The notes: generated from the letters alone by a model not told the origin. Positions 19,654-29,854 are shown, counted from the first letter of the stretch. The stretch: DNA of 64,000 bases from Anaerolineae bacterium (GCA_027021705.1 JALUTT010000171.1:15745-79744); one strand, 5' to 3'. Translations and numbers: made by a program.

Positions 19654-20697
19654 TCACCTCCGGGTCGTCTCCAGCCAGAAGGCACCCACGTAGAGGGTCA
19701 GCACGCGCCGCAGCACCGGCGGCCAGCGGACGAGGGCCATCACCCCCAGGACCAGGGGGAGGGGCAGCCGGGGGAGCACCCGCTGGGCCAGGCAGAGCAG
19801 GGCGTAGCCAGAACGGCGAGCAGCTACGAGGCGGCGGTAGGCCTCCCGTCCCTCCTCCAGGGTGATCTCACCCTCCAGGACCTGGCGCAGCAGGCGGCCC
19901 AGTTGGGTTCCGAAGAAGAGGGCAGGGCGGATCCCCTCGCCTGTGAGCCCCATGCACTGACCGGCGGCATCTCCCACCAGGAAGAGGTCGCCGATCACCG
20001 GATCGCGCAGGGCGTAGGGGAAGTAGCCGCCGTGGACGCCGTCCCGCTGCACCCCCAGGCTGCTCAGGAAGCGGTCCAGACCATTGCCCAGGCGGGTCTC
20101 CCCCCGATAGCTGGCGATGCCGATACGGGTGAGGTCGCCGATGGGGAAGGCCCAGGTGACCCCCATAGGGAGCAGCCGGCGGGGGTCATACCAGAAGTGT
20201 AGCCCGTCATCCCGATAGGCCGCCGTCGTCTCGATGCCGAAGTTCAGCCGATCCCGGCGCACCAACGCGGGGTGGAGCCGTCGGCCCAGCACAGCCCGCC
20301 AGCCCGAAGCATCCACGATCAGGTCCCCCTGGAAGGTGCCTTGGGAGGTCCGCACCCGATCCCCCTCTAGGTCCAGCGTGGCGGCCAGGACGAACTCGGC
20401 ATCCCCCTGCTCCCGCAGGAGGTGACAGAGGCGGGCGTAGTCGAAGGTGCAGAAGGGCTTGTCCATCGGGTAGACGAAGGTCCGTCCCGCCGAGTGGATC
20501 ACCAGACGGTCGTGGACTTGGAGGATGGATTCCTCCAGCCCCAGAGCCTGGAGGGTGTTGACCAGCGTCCCGCAGGCCGAGGTCTGGCCGGTGCCGATAG
20601 GTTTGCGGTCCAGCAGGAGCACCCGTCGGCCTCGGAGCTGGGCGGCGACGGCCAGCCCGGCGAAGCTGGCCCCGGCGATGATCACCTCGTAGCGCAT
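19654..20697 (-). CDS. FAD-dependent oxidoreductase (geranylgeranyl reductase-like)
   Basis: IIAGASFAG, IVDASG, WAFP and VGDAAG...GEGI. Confidence 0.8.
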   Translation of the reverse strand: MRYEVIIAGASFAGLAVAAQLRGRRVLLLDRKPIGTGQTSACGTLVNTLQALGLEESILQVHDRLVIHSAGRTFVYPMDKPFCTFDYARLCHLLREQGDAEFVLAATLDLEGDRVRTSQGTFQGDLIVDASGWRAVLGRRLHPALVRRDRLNFGIETTAAYRDDGLHFWYDPRRLLPMGVTWAFPIGDLTRIGIASYRGETRLGNGLDRFLSSLGVQRDGVHGGYFPYALRDPVIGDLFLVGDAAGQCMGLTGEGIRPALFFGTQLGRLLRQVLEGEITLEEGREAYRRLVAARRSGYALLCLAQRVLPRLPLPLVLGVMALVRWPPVLRRVLTLYVGAFWLETTRR

Positions 20698-20734
20698 CGT
20701 CTCACAGCCTTGTGGCCCGGTTCGGGCCCTGCCT

Positions 20735-21211
20735 TCATCGCCCTTTGTTCACCAAGGAGTACCCGGCCGCCTTCCAGGCGATCATCCCGCCGTCCAGGTT
20801 CCAGACGTCGGTGTAGCCCAGTTTGACCAGCGTGCGGGCGGCGACGGCGCTCATACCCCCGCTACGGCAGTAGACCACAAGCCGGGCTCCCTTGTCGGCA
20901 GGCAACTGATCCAGGTTCTGCTCGATCTCGTTGAAAGGGATGAAGAGGTCGGTTCCTTCGATCTCCCCCTCGTAGGGGACGTGGACGTTGATGAGGGGGA
21001 AGTCCTTCTCCTTCAGCATCGCGGCCAGGCCGGCGGCGCTGACGTCGGTGTAACTGCCACCTCCCTCCACCGGCACTTTCTGGGTCTCCGAAGCCAGGTC
21101 AACGGATCCCGATGGGAAGGCGGGGGTGGTCTTCGGGCTACTACAGGCCGCCACGACGAAGAGGACGGCGAGCAGGATGAGCAAGAGGGTCAAGCCTTTA
21201 GGTTTGGTCAT
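20735..21211 (-). CDS. Rhodanese-domain lipoprotein
   Basis: Lipobox VAAC, VYCRSGGMS and NLDGGMIAW. Confidence 0.88.
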   Translation of the reverse strand: MTKPKGLTLLLILLAVLFVVAACSSPKTTPAFPSGSVDLASETQKVPVEGGGSYTDVSAAGLAAMLKEKDFPLINVHVPYEGEIEGTDLFIPFNEIEQNLDQLPADKGARLVVYCRSGGMSAVAARTLVKLGYTDVWNLDGGMIAWKAAGYSLVNKGR

Positions 21212-21887
21212 CGGTTGTCACTCCCAGAGCGCGTTCTTCGGTGATCTCTCCCTGCAGGGCCTGGAGTTCCTGGCGGGTTCGCAGGGCTTCCAGCTCCGTG
21301 ATCTTGGCTTCCAGGGTTCCCCGCAGTTCGTCGAGCCGGGTCAGGTCTGCCTGGAGGGCCTGGGCCTGGGCTTCCAGCCGGGCCCGGGTCTCCAGCAGTT
21401 CCTGCTTTTCCATCAAGTAGCGGCGTGCTAGGGCTTCGTCGGTCGCCACCACCCGGCGGGCGGCTTCCTCCCGCTTCTGAATGCGGGCCGCTACGTCCTC
21501 GATCTGCTCCCGCAGCGAGGCGAGCACCTGGGCGGAGGCCTCCCGTGCCTCCTCCAGTTGGGCGATCCGGGCGCGGAGCTGCCGCAGGGCGGCCTCTTCC
21601 TCACTTTCTCGGCGCCGGAGCCGGCCTTTCCGCCGGCGTTCGTAGCGCAGCACCGCCAAGTCCACGGGCCGGAGCTGGCCTCGGGCGGCCAGCTCCTTGA
21701 GGGCGCTGAAGGTCTCCTCGTCTATCTCGCCCCGCCCGTACATCTCGTAGAGCTGTTCCTGGAGCGAGGGGCCGGAGGGCTGCGGCTGCCCCATCGGACG
21801 GTGGACGGCCTGGCGTCGGGAGCGGTTGTCCCGCACCAGGGTGTCCGCCAGGTCGAAGAGCCGGAACAGGTCTGGGCCACATCCCAT
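21198..21887 (-). CDS. SHOCT-like plus coiled-coil (PspA-related) protein
   Basis: YGRGEIDEETF SHOCT-like motif followed by a long coiled coil. Confidence 0.65.
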   Translation of the reverse strand: MGCGPDLFRLFDLADTLVRDNRSRRQAVHRPMGQPQPSGPSLQEQLYEMYGRGEIDEETFSALKELAARGQLRPVDLAVLRYERRRKGRLRRRESEEEAALRQLRARIAQLEEAREASAQVLASLREQIEDVAARIQKREEAARRVVATDEALARRYLMEKQELLETRARLEAQAQALQADLTRLDELRGTLEAKITELEALRTRQELQALQGEITEERALGVTTDDQT

Positions 21888-21912
21888 CAGGTCCCCTCCT
21901 TCTCGTGCTCCC

Positions 21913-22617
21913 TCACGACGTGGTCACCTCCCGCTTGAGCCGGGCCAGTTCGGCCTCGACAGCCTCGGAGCGGGTGATGCGGGCCAGTTCGCGGTCAATC
22001 ATGTCCATCCCAGGCTCCAGCACGTTCTCGAGGGTGCCGGTGGCGATCAACTCTTCGATGACCTCCGCCCGGGCCTGCATCTGCTGGATGCGCTCTTCAG
22101 CCCGTTGGATCACCCGCCCCACATCGGACAGCTCCTTGGAGACGCCGCTGAGCGCTTCCTGCACCTTCAGTTGGGCCTGGGCCGAATCGTAGACGGCCTT
22201 CAGCTCTTCCCTTTTGCTACGGAAGAGCTCGATCCGCGTGCGCAGGCTGGCCTGAGCCGTCTTCAGGCTCTCCAGTTGCTGTTCCAGGCTGGCGATGTTG
22301 GCCTCCAGTTCCTCCTGGCGGGCCAGGGCGAACTGTTTGCGCTCCAGGGCCAGCTTCGCCAGGTCCTCCCGGCCCTTCAGCAGGGCGGTCCTGGCCTGTT
22401 CCTCGTAGCGCTCGATGGCCGTGGCCAGGGCGTTCCGCTGACTCTCCAGCTTGTGCTTGGCGGTCGCTACCTCGACCAGGCTCTGGTTGATCTGACGCAG
22501 GTTCTCCTGGAGCCGGCTCAGGCTGTAGTCCAGGCTTGCCTTGGGGTCCTCCAGGTCATCCAGGGCCTTGTGGGCCCGAGCCCGGAAGATCGCTTTGAGT
22601 CGAGCCAGCAGTCCCAT
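21913..22617 (-). CDS. pspA: PspA/IM30 family protein
   Basis: MGLLARL..., LEDP, GREDLAKLAL and C-terminal VEAELARLK. Confidence 0.9.
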   Translation of the reverse strand: MGLLARLKAIFRARAHKALDDLEDPKASLDYSLSRLQENLRQINQSLVEVATAKHKLESQRNALATAIERYEEQARTALLKGREDLAKLALERKQFALARQEELEANIASLEQQLESLKTAQASLRTRIELFRSKREELKAVYDSAQAQLKVQEALSGVSKELSDVGRVIQRAEERIQQMQARAEVIEELIATGTLENVLEPGMDMIDRELARITRSEAVEAELARLKREVTTS

Positions 22618-22646
22618 CGTTCGTACCTCCTCGGTCCCTGAGGGTC

Positions 22647-22898
22647 CTACGCGGACTCCTCAAGGGTGCTGCCGCAGTAGGGGCAGATGGCCCAGTCTAC
22701 ATTCACGGCCCGGTGGCAGGAGGGGCACGACCGCTTCAGCGGGGTGCCACAGCGGGGGCAGAGGATGAAGTCGGCTTCAACGGGACTGCCACAGTTGGGA
22801 CAGGATTGGGCGATTTCGGCCACCTGTGTCCCCGGTTTGGGGTCGTGAGTCTCTTGGTGAGCGGTGTGTCTGGTGTGGGAATGTCCTCCACAGCACAT
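22647..22898 (-). CDS. Double zinc-ribbon protein with a Cys/His-rich N-terminus
   Basis: AAGGAGG RBS, MCCGGHSHTRH, then CPNC/CPRC/CPSC/CPYC. Confidence 0.8.
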   Translation of the reverse strand: MCCGGHSHTRHTAHQETHDPKPGTQVAEIAQSCPNCGSPVEADFILCPRCGTPLKRSCPSCHRAVNVDWAICPYCGSTLEESA

Positions 22899-23014
22899 AG
22901 TGGGTGCCTCCTTAGCTAGTTGTCGGATTTGAGCGTGACCGAGACGGGGGGTGTAGGGCGACCGATCGGTCGCCCCACTCCCCTGACGGGTTCCGGCCCC
23001 ACTCGTCTGCTTTG

Positions 23015-23082
23015 AGTATAACATCGGTGCGGTGGGACCGGTAGCGCCATTTGGTCCGTCAGGCGTAGGCCATTTTGCGCAT
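23015..23082 (-). promoter_or_regulatory. Promoter (-10 TATACT) with tandem 7-2-7 operator, copy 4
   Basis: + strand AGTATA-N21-TAGCGCCA-TT-TGGTCCG, then TAGGCCA-TT-TTGCGCA. Confidence 0.6.
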
Positions 23083-23088
23083 TGGCCG

Positions 23089-23457
23089 CTAGACGAGACT
23101 CTCACCACAGTAGGGGCAGAGCTGCCAGTCCTCCTGGACCGTCCTCCCGCAACTGGGGCAGGTCTTCCCCGGAGGGGATGCCGGGGGCGGGGCGGGTGGA
23201 CCGGCCTGGATGCCGCCGGCCAATCGGATCAGCCAGACGACGCCCAGGATCAGCAGGACCAGGAATCCCAAGGGGAAGACCATCATTAGGAAGAAGCCGG
23301 GCCATCCCCACCCCCAGGAGCCGGTCATCCCCCAGCCCCCCATCATGCCGGGGCCCATCATCCCGCCCCAACTCCAGAAGGAGAAAAGGCTGAGGCCCAG
23401 GAGCAGGACCAGGAGGAGGACGATGCCGATGGCGATGATCTGATTGATCCGGTTCAT
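23089..23457 (-). CDS. Membrane protein with a Gly/Met-rich loop and a C-terminal zinc ribbon
   Basis: Two TM segments, GMMGPGMMGG and CPSC...CPYC. Confidence 0.8.
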   Translation of the reverse strand: MNRINQIIAIGIVLLLVLLLGLSLFSFWSWGGMMGPGMMGGWGMTGSWGWGWPGFFLMMVFPLGFLVLLILGVVWLIRLAGGIQAGPPAPPPASPPGKTCPSCGRTVQEDWQLCPYCGESLV

Positions 23458-23858
23458 CGTCCCTCCAGAGACTCGAGCGCCCGCTGGAGCCGCGTGCGGG
23501 CCTCCAGGGCCACCGGCTCCAGGTCGGGGTTCCCCACCACACTCATCATCACCACGGGGTCTACGATGGCGACCGTGCTCCCACCGTCCGCCTCGTAGAC
23601 GATGACGTTGCAGGGCAGGAGCAGCCCGATCTCCAGCTCGGTCTGCAGCGCCTGGTGGGCGAGGGGTGGGTTACAAGCCCCCAGGATGACGTAGCGGCGG
23701 AAGTCCGCGTCCAGCTTCTGCTTCAGGGTCGCTTTGACATCAATCTCGGTCAGGATGCCGAACCCTTCTTTCTTCAGGGCGGCGGTCACTTCTTCGACGG
23801 CCTGCTCGTAGGGTAGGCTCAGCGTTGTGCGAAAGGCATACTCGGTTGTGTGTCCCAT
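23454..23858 (-). CDS. DUF302 family protein
   Basis: GFGILTEIDV, ILGACNP and GLLLPCNVIV. Confidence 0.9.
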   Translation of the reverse strand: MGHTTEYAFRTTLSLPYEQAVEEVTAALKKEGFGILTEIDVKATLKQKLDADFRRYVILGACNPPLAHQALQTELEIGLLLPCNVIVYEADGGSTVAIVDPVVMMSVVGNPDLEPVALEARTRLQRALESLEGR

Positions 23859-23933
23859 CTTTCTTGCTCCTTGTGTTTGTCTCTGCTCTTCTTGTCGTTG
23901 GAATGCGCTCGTTGCACCCTGCCCCTGGGTTCG

Positions 23934-24206
23934 CTAGCGGGGTAGGTTGTCCGAAGCAGCTTCTAGGTCGCGGCGTATCGCTTCGTACTCCGCTTTGGAG
24001 ATCTCTCCCTGGACGTAGCGTCGCCGGAGGATGGCCAGAGGAGACTCCGGCGTGCTCTCCTGCTCCGGCGGTGTGGACCGGGGCGGTGCGCTGCTCGTCA
24101 CCCGGGGGAAGAGACTGCTCAGCAGCCAGATGGCCAGGGCGGTGATGACCACCCAGAAGATGATCATAAACACGAAGCCAAAGCCACCAAAGCCGAATCC
24201 CATCAT
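23934..24206 (-). CDS. SHOCT-domain membrane protein
   Basis: MMGFGFGG, one TM segment and ILRRRYVQGEISKAEYE. Confidence 0.85.
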   Translation of the reverse strand: MMGFGFGGFGFVFMIIFWVVITALAIWLLSSLFPRVTSSAPPRSTPPEQESTPESPLAILRRRYVQGEISKAEYEAIRRDLEAASDNLPR

Positions 24207-24274
24207 CGTTCATCTCTCCTCTCGTGTCAAGGGGTGCCTTGGTGAGGCACCACCGGCCTCCATAAACCATCAAA

Positions 24275-24328
24275 AGTATACCAGGCCGGTATGACGAACC
24301 ATTGAAGGGAATATGACGATTTGGTAAC
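24275..24328 (-). promoter_or_regulatory. Promoter (-10 TATACT) with OmpR-like direct repeats
   Basis: AGTATA followed by ATGACGAACCATTGAA and ATGACGATTTGGTAAC, 22 nt apart. Confidence 0.45.
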
Positions 24329-24342
24329 AAAGGCTAGGGTTC

Positions 24343-24499
24343 CCGGTGATTACCCACAAGGGAGCGAGAGAGTGATCCGTAGCAGGCCGTCCACGAATTT
24401 CTCACAAATGCACGAATGAGGCGGTCCTTAATCCGTGTATTCGTGCCCCATTCACGGACGGCCAGTCTCCCTATCTCCAAAGATACGGGTAATCACCGG
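24343..24499. repeat. Nested inverted-repeat (MITE/REPIN-like) element at the island boundary
   Basis: Outer CCGGTGATTACCC / GGGTAATCACCGG. Inner GGCCGTCC...CACGAAT / ATTCGTG...GGACGGCC. Confidence 0.6.
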
Positions 24500-24687
24500 T
24501 AGGGTTCTACTTGTCACTTCGTCGGGAGTAAGGTAGAATTAGGGACCCACGGTGAATCGGGAAGGCGACGATAGACGGCTCGTAGCGGGTCGGGGGGATT
24601 TGGTGAGAAATGATCGGAGCTGGCCTGAGGCCGAGGAGAGGGCTTCGCCTGAGTTCGGGGCGAAGCTTGACGGAGAGGAGGAAAAGG

Positions 24688-25026
24688 ATGCCCGTCGCCT
24701 ATGAGAAGTTGAAAGCCCAACTGGAGAGGGAGCGTGCCCGGCTGCTCTCCGAACTAGAAGAAGTGAAGACCCTGGCCCCGGAGGTCGTCGGCTACGGCAA
24801 CCATATGGCCGATGCCGCCTCTGGTGCCTTCGATCAGGCCCGCGATCTGGCGCTCCGGCAGAACGTGGAGCGTATGCTGCGCAAGGTGGAGAAGGCGCTG
24901 AGCCGCTTTGAAGAAGGCACTTATGGGCTCTGCGAGGAGTGCGGCCAGCCCATTGATCCCGCCCGCCTCACCGCCTTGCCCTGGGCCACCCTCTGCCTCG
25001 ACTGCCAGCACCGAAGGGAGCAGTGA
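24688..25026 (+). CDS. DksA/TraR C4 zinc-finger protein
   Basis: GNHMADAA, YGLCEECG..I...RL.ALP.A.LCLDC. Confidence 0.9.
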   Translation: MPVAYEKLKAQLERERARLLSELEEVKTLAPEVVGYGNHMADAASGAFDQARDLALRQNVERMLRKVEKALSRFEEGTYGLCEECGQPIDPARLTALPWATLCLDCQHRREQ

Positions 25027-25030
25027 TCCG

Positions 25031-25633
25031 TTGAAGCGCTGGACCTGGCGGCACGCCATCTTACCTATCACGGCGGCCACCGCCCTCGCCCTCGACCAGT
25101 CCACCAAGCGGCTGGTGGCCGAGCGGCTGGCCCTCCACGAATCCTGGAACCCCATCCCCGCCCTCATGCCCTTCGTGCGCATCACCCACGTGACCAACAC
25201 GGGGGCCGCCTTCGGACTGCTCCCCAACCAGGGCAACCTCTTCATTCTCATCGCCATTGTCGTGGTAGCGGCCATCGTGTTCTATCACCGCCGGCTCCCC
25301 GACGGCTACCTCCTGGTGCGCTTGGCCCTGGGCCTCCAGTTGGGGGGAGCGCTGGGCAACCTGCTGGACCGCCTCCGCCTGGGGTACGTGGTGGACTTCA
25401 TTGACTTCCGCGTCTGGCCGGTCTTCAACCTGGCCGACAGCAGCATCGTCCTCGGCGTGGTCCTGCTGGCCTACACGATGCTCCGGGAGGAGGAGGTGCA
25501 GGCCAAGGAGGACGAGGCGGCGGAGGCTCCTCCCCGCTCCCCGGACAGCGGCACCCCCCTCTCCCCCCTCGCCCTCTCCGAAGGTCCACCGGCAGGGGAC
25601 GATGGCCGACGACGTGATACGGTTGCAGGTTGA
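25031..25633 (+). CDS. lspA: Lipoprotein signal peptidase
   Basis: DQSTK, NTGAAFG, GGALGNLLDR, VVDFI and FNLADS. Start codon (TTG) uncertain. Confidence 0.93.
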   Translation: MKRWTWRHAILPITAATALALDQSTKRLVAERLALHESWNPIPALMPFVRITHVTNTGAAFGLLPNQGNLFILIAIVVVAAIVFYHRRLPDGYLLVRLALGLQLGGALGNLLDRLRLGYVVDFIDFRVWPVFNLADSSIVLGVVLLAYTMLREEEVQAKEDEAAEAPPRSPDSGTPLSPLALSEGPPAGDDGRRRDTVAG

Positions 25634-26510
25634 GGCGGAGGGGGAGCGCCTGGACCGCTATCTGGTTCAGGCGTTGCCCGATCTCTCCCGCTCGGCCATC
25701 CAGCGGCTGATCCGGGCGGGCGCGGTCACGGTGGGCGGCCGGCCGACAAAGCCCAGCTACCGCGTGGAGGTGGGCGACCTCATCACCGTTCACCTCCCCC
25801 AGGAGCCCCCGGAGCAGGTGGAGCCGGAGCCCATCCCCCTGACCATCCTCTACGAGGACGAGGACCTGCTGGTGGTGGACAAGCCGGCGGGGATGGTCGT
25901 CCACCCGGCCCACGGCCACACCAGCGGCACGCTGGTCAACGCCCTCCTGGCCTACGATCCGGCCCTGGCGGCCGTGGGGGGGCGGTGGCGGGCCGGCATC
26001 GTCCATCGGTTGGACAAGGATACCTCCGGCCTGCTGGTCATCGCCCGCAGCGAGCCGGTGCGCATCGCCCTGCAGGCTCAGTTCCAGCAGCGGGAAGTGG
26101 AGAAGGTTTACCTGGCCCTGGTGGAGGGCGACATCCAGCCGCCGGTCGGCCTCATCGAGGCCCCGGTGGGGCGGGACCGCCGACGGCGCAAGCAGATGGC
26201 CGTCGTCCAGGAGGGGCGCCCCGCCCGCACCGCCTACCGGCTCCTGGAGCGACTGGGCGGCTACAGCTTGTTGGAGGTGCGCCCGGAGACGGGGCGGACC
26301 CACCAGATCCGCGTCCACCTGGCCTGGCTGGGCTACCCGGTGGTGGGCGACACCGTCTACGGCCGGCGAAGGCAGCGGCTGCTCCGCCACCGCCACTTCC
26401 TCCACGCCCACCAACTCGCCTTCCGCCACCCTCGCCGGGACGAGCGGATGCAGTTCACCGCCCCGCTGCCAGAAGAGCTGACCCGCCTGCTGGAGCGACT
26501 GCGCTCGTAA
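25602..26510 (+). CDS. RluA/RluD-family pseudouridine synthase
   Basis: S4 domain, KPAGMVVHP, HRLDKDTSG and TGRTHQIRVH. Confidence 0.95.
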   Translation: MADDVIRLQVEAEGERLDRYLVQALPDLSRSAIQRLIRAGAVTVGGRPTKPSYRVEVGDLITVHLPQEPPEQVEPEPIPLTILYEDEDLLVVDKPAGMVVHPAHGHTSGTLVNALLAYDPALAAVGGRWRAGIVHRLDKDTSGLLVIARSEPVRIALQAQFQQREVEKVYLALVEGDIQPPVGLIEAPVGRDRRRRKQMAVVQEGRPARTAYRLLERLGGYSLLEVRPETGRTHQIRVHLAWLGYPVVGDTVYGRRRQRLLRHRHFLHAHQLAFRHPRRDERMQFTAPLPEELTRLLERLRS

Positions 26511-26677
26511 CGCGCCACGCACCACGCAACCCTAGATAAACCCTGACACACCCCCCTCCGGTATTGTACCCAAACGGCTTTTGTGATAAAATGGCAAGAG
26601 GATGGGACCTGTGAATCCCCATCACGGAGTACAAATCCCCTAAACGCTTCGCCAGAGAGCCTGGAAAGGGAAACCGG

Positions 26678-28006
26678 ATGGCAACGCCGCGACGTCCGAT
26701 ACGACTTTCACCACGTCCTCCCGCCAGTCGAGAGGGAGGTGCATCGTCGGGACACCTCTTCCGTCCCCGCGTTCCCCGTTCCGTCAAAGAGACCGGACTG
26801 GGCCTAGGTTTCCTGGCCGATTTGGTCCTCAAGGTGATGTACTTTGAAGGAGTCGTCACAGGTGTTGACCTCTCTGAGCGGATCAAGCTCCCCTTCGCCG
26901 GCGTCCTGGAGGAGGTGCTGGAATTCCTAAAGCGGGAGAAGCTCTGCGAGGTCAAGGGGGCTGAGGGCTTCGGCGGGGCGACGTATCAATACGCCATCAC
27001 ATTGAAGGGAAGTGAGCGGGCCCGTGAGATCCTGGAGCGAAGCCAGTACGCCGGCCCTGCCCCCGTCACCCTAGAAGCCTACACCGAGGCGATCCGGCGG
27101 CAACCGCTGGGGCGTATGGTTGTCCACCAGCGGACGATGCGCCAGGCGTTGTCCCACCTGGTCATCAGCGAGGAGACCTTCAGCCAGATCGGGCCGGCCG
27201 TCAATTCCGGTCGCTCCATCTTCCTCTTCGGCCATCCCGGCAACGGCAAAACGGCCATCGCTGAGAGCATCGGACGGATGCTGATGCAGGGGGACATGTA
27301 CATCCCCTACGCCGTCGAGGTGGATGGTCAGATCATCAAGGTCTTCGACAGCGTGAACCACCGTCGGCTGGAAGAAGAGATCCCCAAGGGGATGGACCCC
27401 CGCTGGGTGCACATCCGCCGGCCCGTCATCACCGTCGGGGGCGAGCTCACGATGGAAAGCCTGGACCTGGTCTACAACGAGACCAACAAGTACTACGAAG
27501 CCCCCTTCCAGATGAAGGCCAACGGTGGGATGTTCCTGATTGACGACTTCGGTCGCCAGCAGGTCCGCCCGCGTGACCTGCTCAACCGCTGGATCGTGCC
27601 CCTGGAGAAACGGGTGGACTACCTGACCCTCCACACAGGCCGGAAGATCGAGGTCCCTTTCGACGTGCTGATCGTCTTCTCCACCAACCTGGCCCCCAAG
27701 GACCTGGTGGACGAAGCCTTCCTGCGGCGCATCCGCCACAAGATCGAGATCAAAGACCCTACCTTCGAGCAGTATCGGGAGATCTTCAAGCGGGTCTGCC
27801 AAGACCGTGGCGTGCCCTACGACGACGCCGGGCTGCGCTATCTGCTCAAGACCTACTACGTGGACGCCCGGCGCCCCCTGCGGGCCTGCCATCCCCGAGA
27901 CCTGGTGGACCAGTTGATTGACATCGCCCGCTACTTGAACGTGGAACCCCGGCTGAGCAAAGAGCTGATTGACCGTGCCGCCCACGCCTACTTTGTGGAA
28001 CTCTGA
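26678..28006 (+). CDS. AAA+ ATPase
   Basis: GHPGNGKT, LIDDFGRQ, FSTN and DEAFLRRI. Confidence 0.88.
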   Translation: MATPRRPIRLSPRPPASREGGASSGHLFRPRVPRSVKETGLGLGFLADLVLKVMYFEGVVTGVDLSERIKLPFAGVLEEVLEFLKREKLCEVKGAEGFGGATYQYAITLKGSERAREILERSQYAGPAPVTLEAYTEAIRRQPLGRMVVHQRTMRQALSHLVISEETFSQIGPAVNSGRSIFLFGHPGNGKTAIAESIGRMLMQGDMYIPYAVEVDGQIIKVFDSVNHRRLEEEIPKGMDPRWVHIRRPVITVGGELTMESLDLVYNETNKYYEAPFQMKANGGMFLIDDFGRQQVRPRDLLNRWIVPLEKRVDYLTLHTGRKIEVPFDVLIVFSTNLAPKDLVDEAFLRRIRHKIEIKDPTFEQYREIFKRVCQDRGVPYDDAGLRYLLKTYYVDARRPLRACHPRDLVDQLIDIARYLNVEPRLSKELIDRAAHAYFVEL

Positions 28007-28748
28007 GCGCCCGTTGATCTTGGCCCACCGAGGGGCCAGCGCCTACGCCCCCGAGAACACCCTGGCCGCCTTCCAACGGGCCGCCGAGATGGGCGCCGAT
28101 GGGGTGGAGCTGGATGTCCGGCTCTCGGCTGACGGCGTGCCCGTCGTCATCCACGACGCCACCGTGGGGCGGACCACCGATGGCTACGGAACGGTATCGC
28201 AGCTCACGCTGACCCAGCTCCGGACCCTGGACGCGGGAAGCTGGTTCAGCCCCGACTTCGCCGGCCAGCGCATCCCGACCCTCCCGGAGGTCTTCGAGGC
28301 CCTGGGGGGCCGGCTCCTCTTCAACGTGGAACTGAAAAGCACCTCCCGGCGGGATTGCGGCCTGGAGGCTGCTGTGCTGGCCGTCATCGAAGCCCAGGGG
28401 ATGATGGACCGGGTGCTCATCTCCTCTTTCGACCCCTTCGCCCTGCGCCGGATGAAACGGCTGGCCCCCCAACTCCCCGTAGCCCTCCTCTACGCGCCCG
28501 ATTTGCCCCTCTACCTGCGCCGGGCCTGGCTGGCCCCCCTCCTGCCCCACGAGGTCCGCAACCCCCAGCACACGATGGTCACGCCGAAAGCGATGGCCTG
28601 GTTCCGCCGGCACCACTACCGGGTCGTGACCTGGACGGTGGACGACCCGGAGGAGATGCAGCGCCTGGCCCGGCTGGGCGTGGATGGGATCATCACCAAC
28701 CGACCTGACGTGGCCCGTCGGGTCCTGGTCCGGCCCCCAGCGACCTGA
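27969..28748 (+). CDS. Glycerophosphodiester phosphodiesterase
   Basis: AHRGAS, PENTLAAF, ELDV, HD, ELK and DGIITN. Confidence 0.93.
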   Translation: MTVPPTPTLWNSERPLILAHRGASAYAPENTLAAFQRAAEMGADGVELDVRLSADGVPVVIHDATVGRTTDGYGTVSQLTLTQLRTLDAGSWFSPDFAGQRIPTLPEVFEALGGRLLFNVELKSTSRRDCGLEAAVLAVIEAQGMMDRVLISSFDPFALRRMKRLAPQLPVALLYAPDLPLYLRRAWLAPLLPHEVRNPQHTMVTPKAMAWFRRHHYRVVTWTVDDPEEMQRLARLGVDGIITNRPDVARRVLVRPPAT

Positions 28749-28766
28749 TAGATATGGAGGTGCACC

Positions 28767-29687
28767 GTGCCCCGCTTCCTCATCATCAACGGCGACGACT
28801 TTGGTCGGACCCCTGGCGTCAGTCGAGGCATCCTGGACGCCCATCGGCGGGGTATCGTGACCAGCACCACGGCGCTGATGAACATGCCCGCCGTCGAGGA
28901 GGCGTTGCTCTGGGCCGGCAACTGCCCCGACCTGGGGGTGGGCGTCCACCTGGTCTTCACCTCGGGCCGCCCCCTGCTCCCCCCGGAGCAGATCCCCACC
29001 CTGGTGGACCGGGAGGGGCGCTTCCACGATCAGCGCACCGCCCTGGCCCGGGCCGATCAGGTGGACCCCGATCAACTGCGGGCCGAGTTCGCCGCTCAGA
29101 TCGAGCGCTTCATCGCCCTGACCGGTCACCTGCCCGACCACCTGGACTGCCACCACTTCACCCACCTGCACCCCCGCTACTTCGCCGTCTACCTGGCCGT
29201 GGCCGCCGACTACGGCCTCCCCGTGCGCAACCCCCTGCCCTCGGACGACGACCTGGCCGCCTTCGCCGCGCGGGGGATCCTGCCGGGCTCCCTTTCCCTA
29301 GAAGCGGCCCAGGCCCTGGTGGCGCAGGACCGGGAGCTCTTGGCCAAGAGCGGGGTGCGCCACCAGGACCACTTCATCGGAGCCTTCTTCGGCGACGATG
29401 CCCTCAGCGTGGAGTTCTTGGTGGAGCTGCTGGCCGGCCTGCCTGAGGGGACGAGCGAGTTGATGACCCATCCCGGTTACGCCGACGACCGTCTCCGGGC
29501 CGAAAGCGGCTATGCCGACCAGCGGGACCGGGAGGTGGCCATCCTCACCGACCCCCGCGTCCGCCGGCAGATCGAGGCGCTGAGCATCTGCCTGATCACC
29601 TATGGCGCTCTGGACGAGGTGGGCCGGGGCGAGCCAGAGCGACGAGGTCACACCGGCCCAAACAAACCACCCGACCAAGCGGCCTAG
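28767..29687 (+). CDS. ChbG/YdjC-family deacetylase
   Basis: NGDDFG, GVHL, DHLDCHH and ELMTHPG. Confidence 0.9.
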   Translation: MPRFLIINGDDFGRTPGVSRGILDAHRRGIVTSTTALMNMPAVEEALLWAGNCPDLGVGVHLVFTSGRPLLPPEQIPTLVDREGRFHDQRTALARADQVDPDQLRAEFAAQIERFIALTGHLPDHLDCHHFTHLHPRYFAVYLAVAADYGLPVRNPLPSDDDLAAFAARGILPGSLSLEAAQALVAQDRELLAKSGVRHQDHFIGAFFGDDALSVEFLVELLAGLPEGTSELMTHPGYADDRLRAESGYADQRDREVAILTDPRVRRQIEALSICLITYGALDEVGRGEPERRGHTGPNKPPDQAA

Positions 29688-29751
29688 GGGCCTAGCGTCC
29701 TGCGCTTCAGCCGTCGGGTGGGTTCCGTACCCACCAAAGTCATCCCTCGAT

Positions 29752-29779
29752 TTGACATCCCCCCGAAGGGCCGTATAAT
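29752..29779 (+). promoter_or_regulatory. Sigma70 promoter of tex
   Basis: TTGACA-16 nt-TATAAT. Confidence 0.7.
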
Positions 29780-29854
29780 GGACGTTGCGTGACCCGTAAG
29801 AGGACGACGGCCTGTCGAGCCGCTCGTTGCGCCGTGATCCCTCAACGCGATCCG

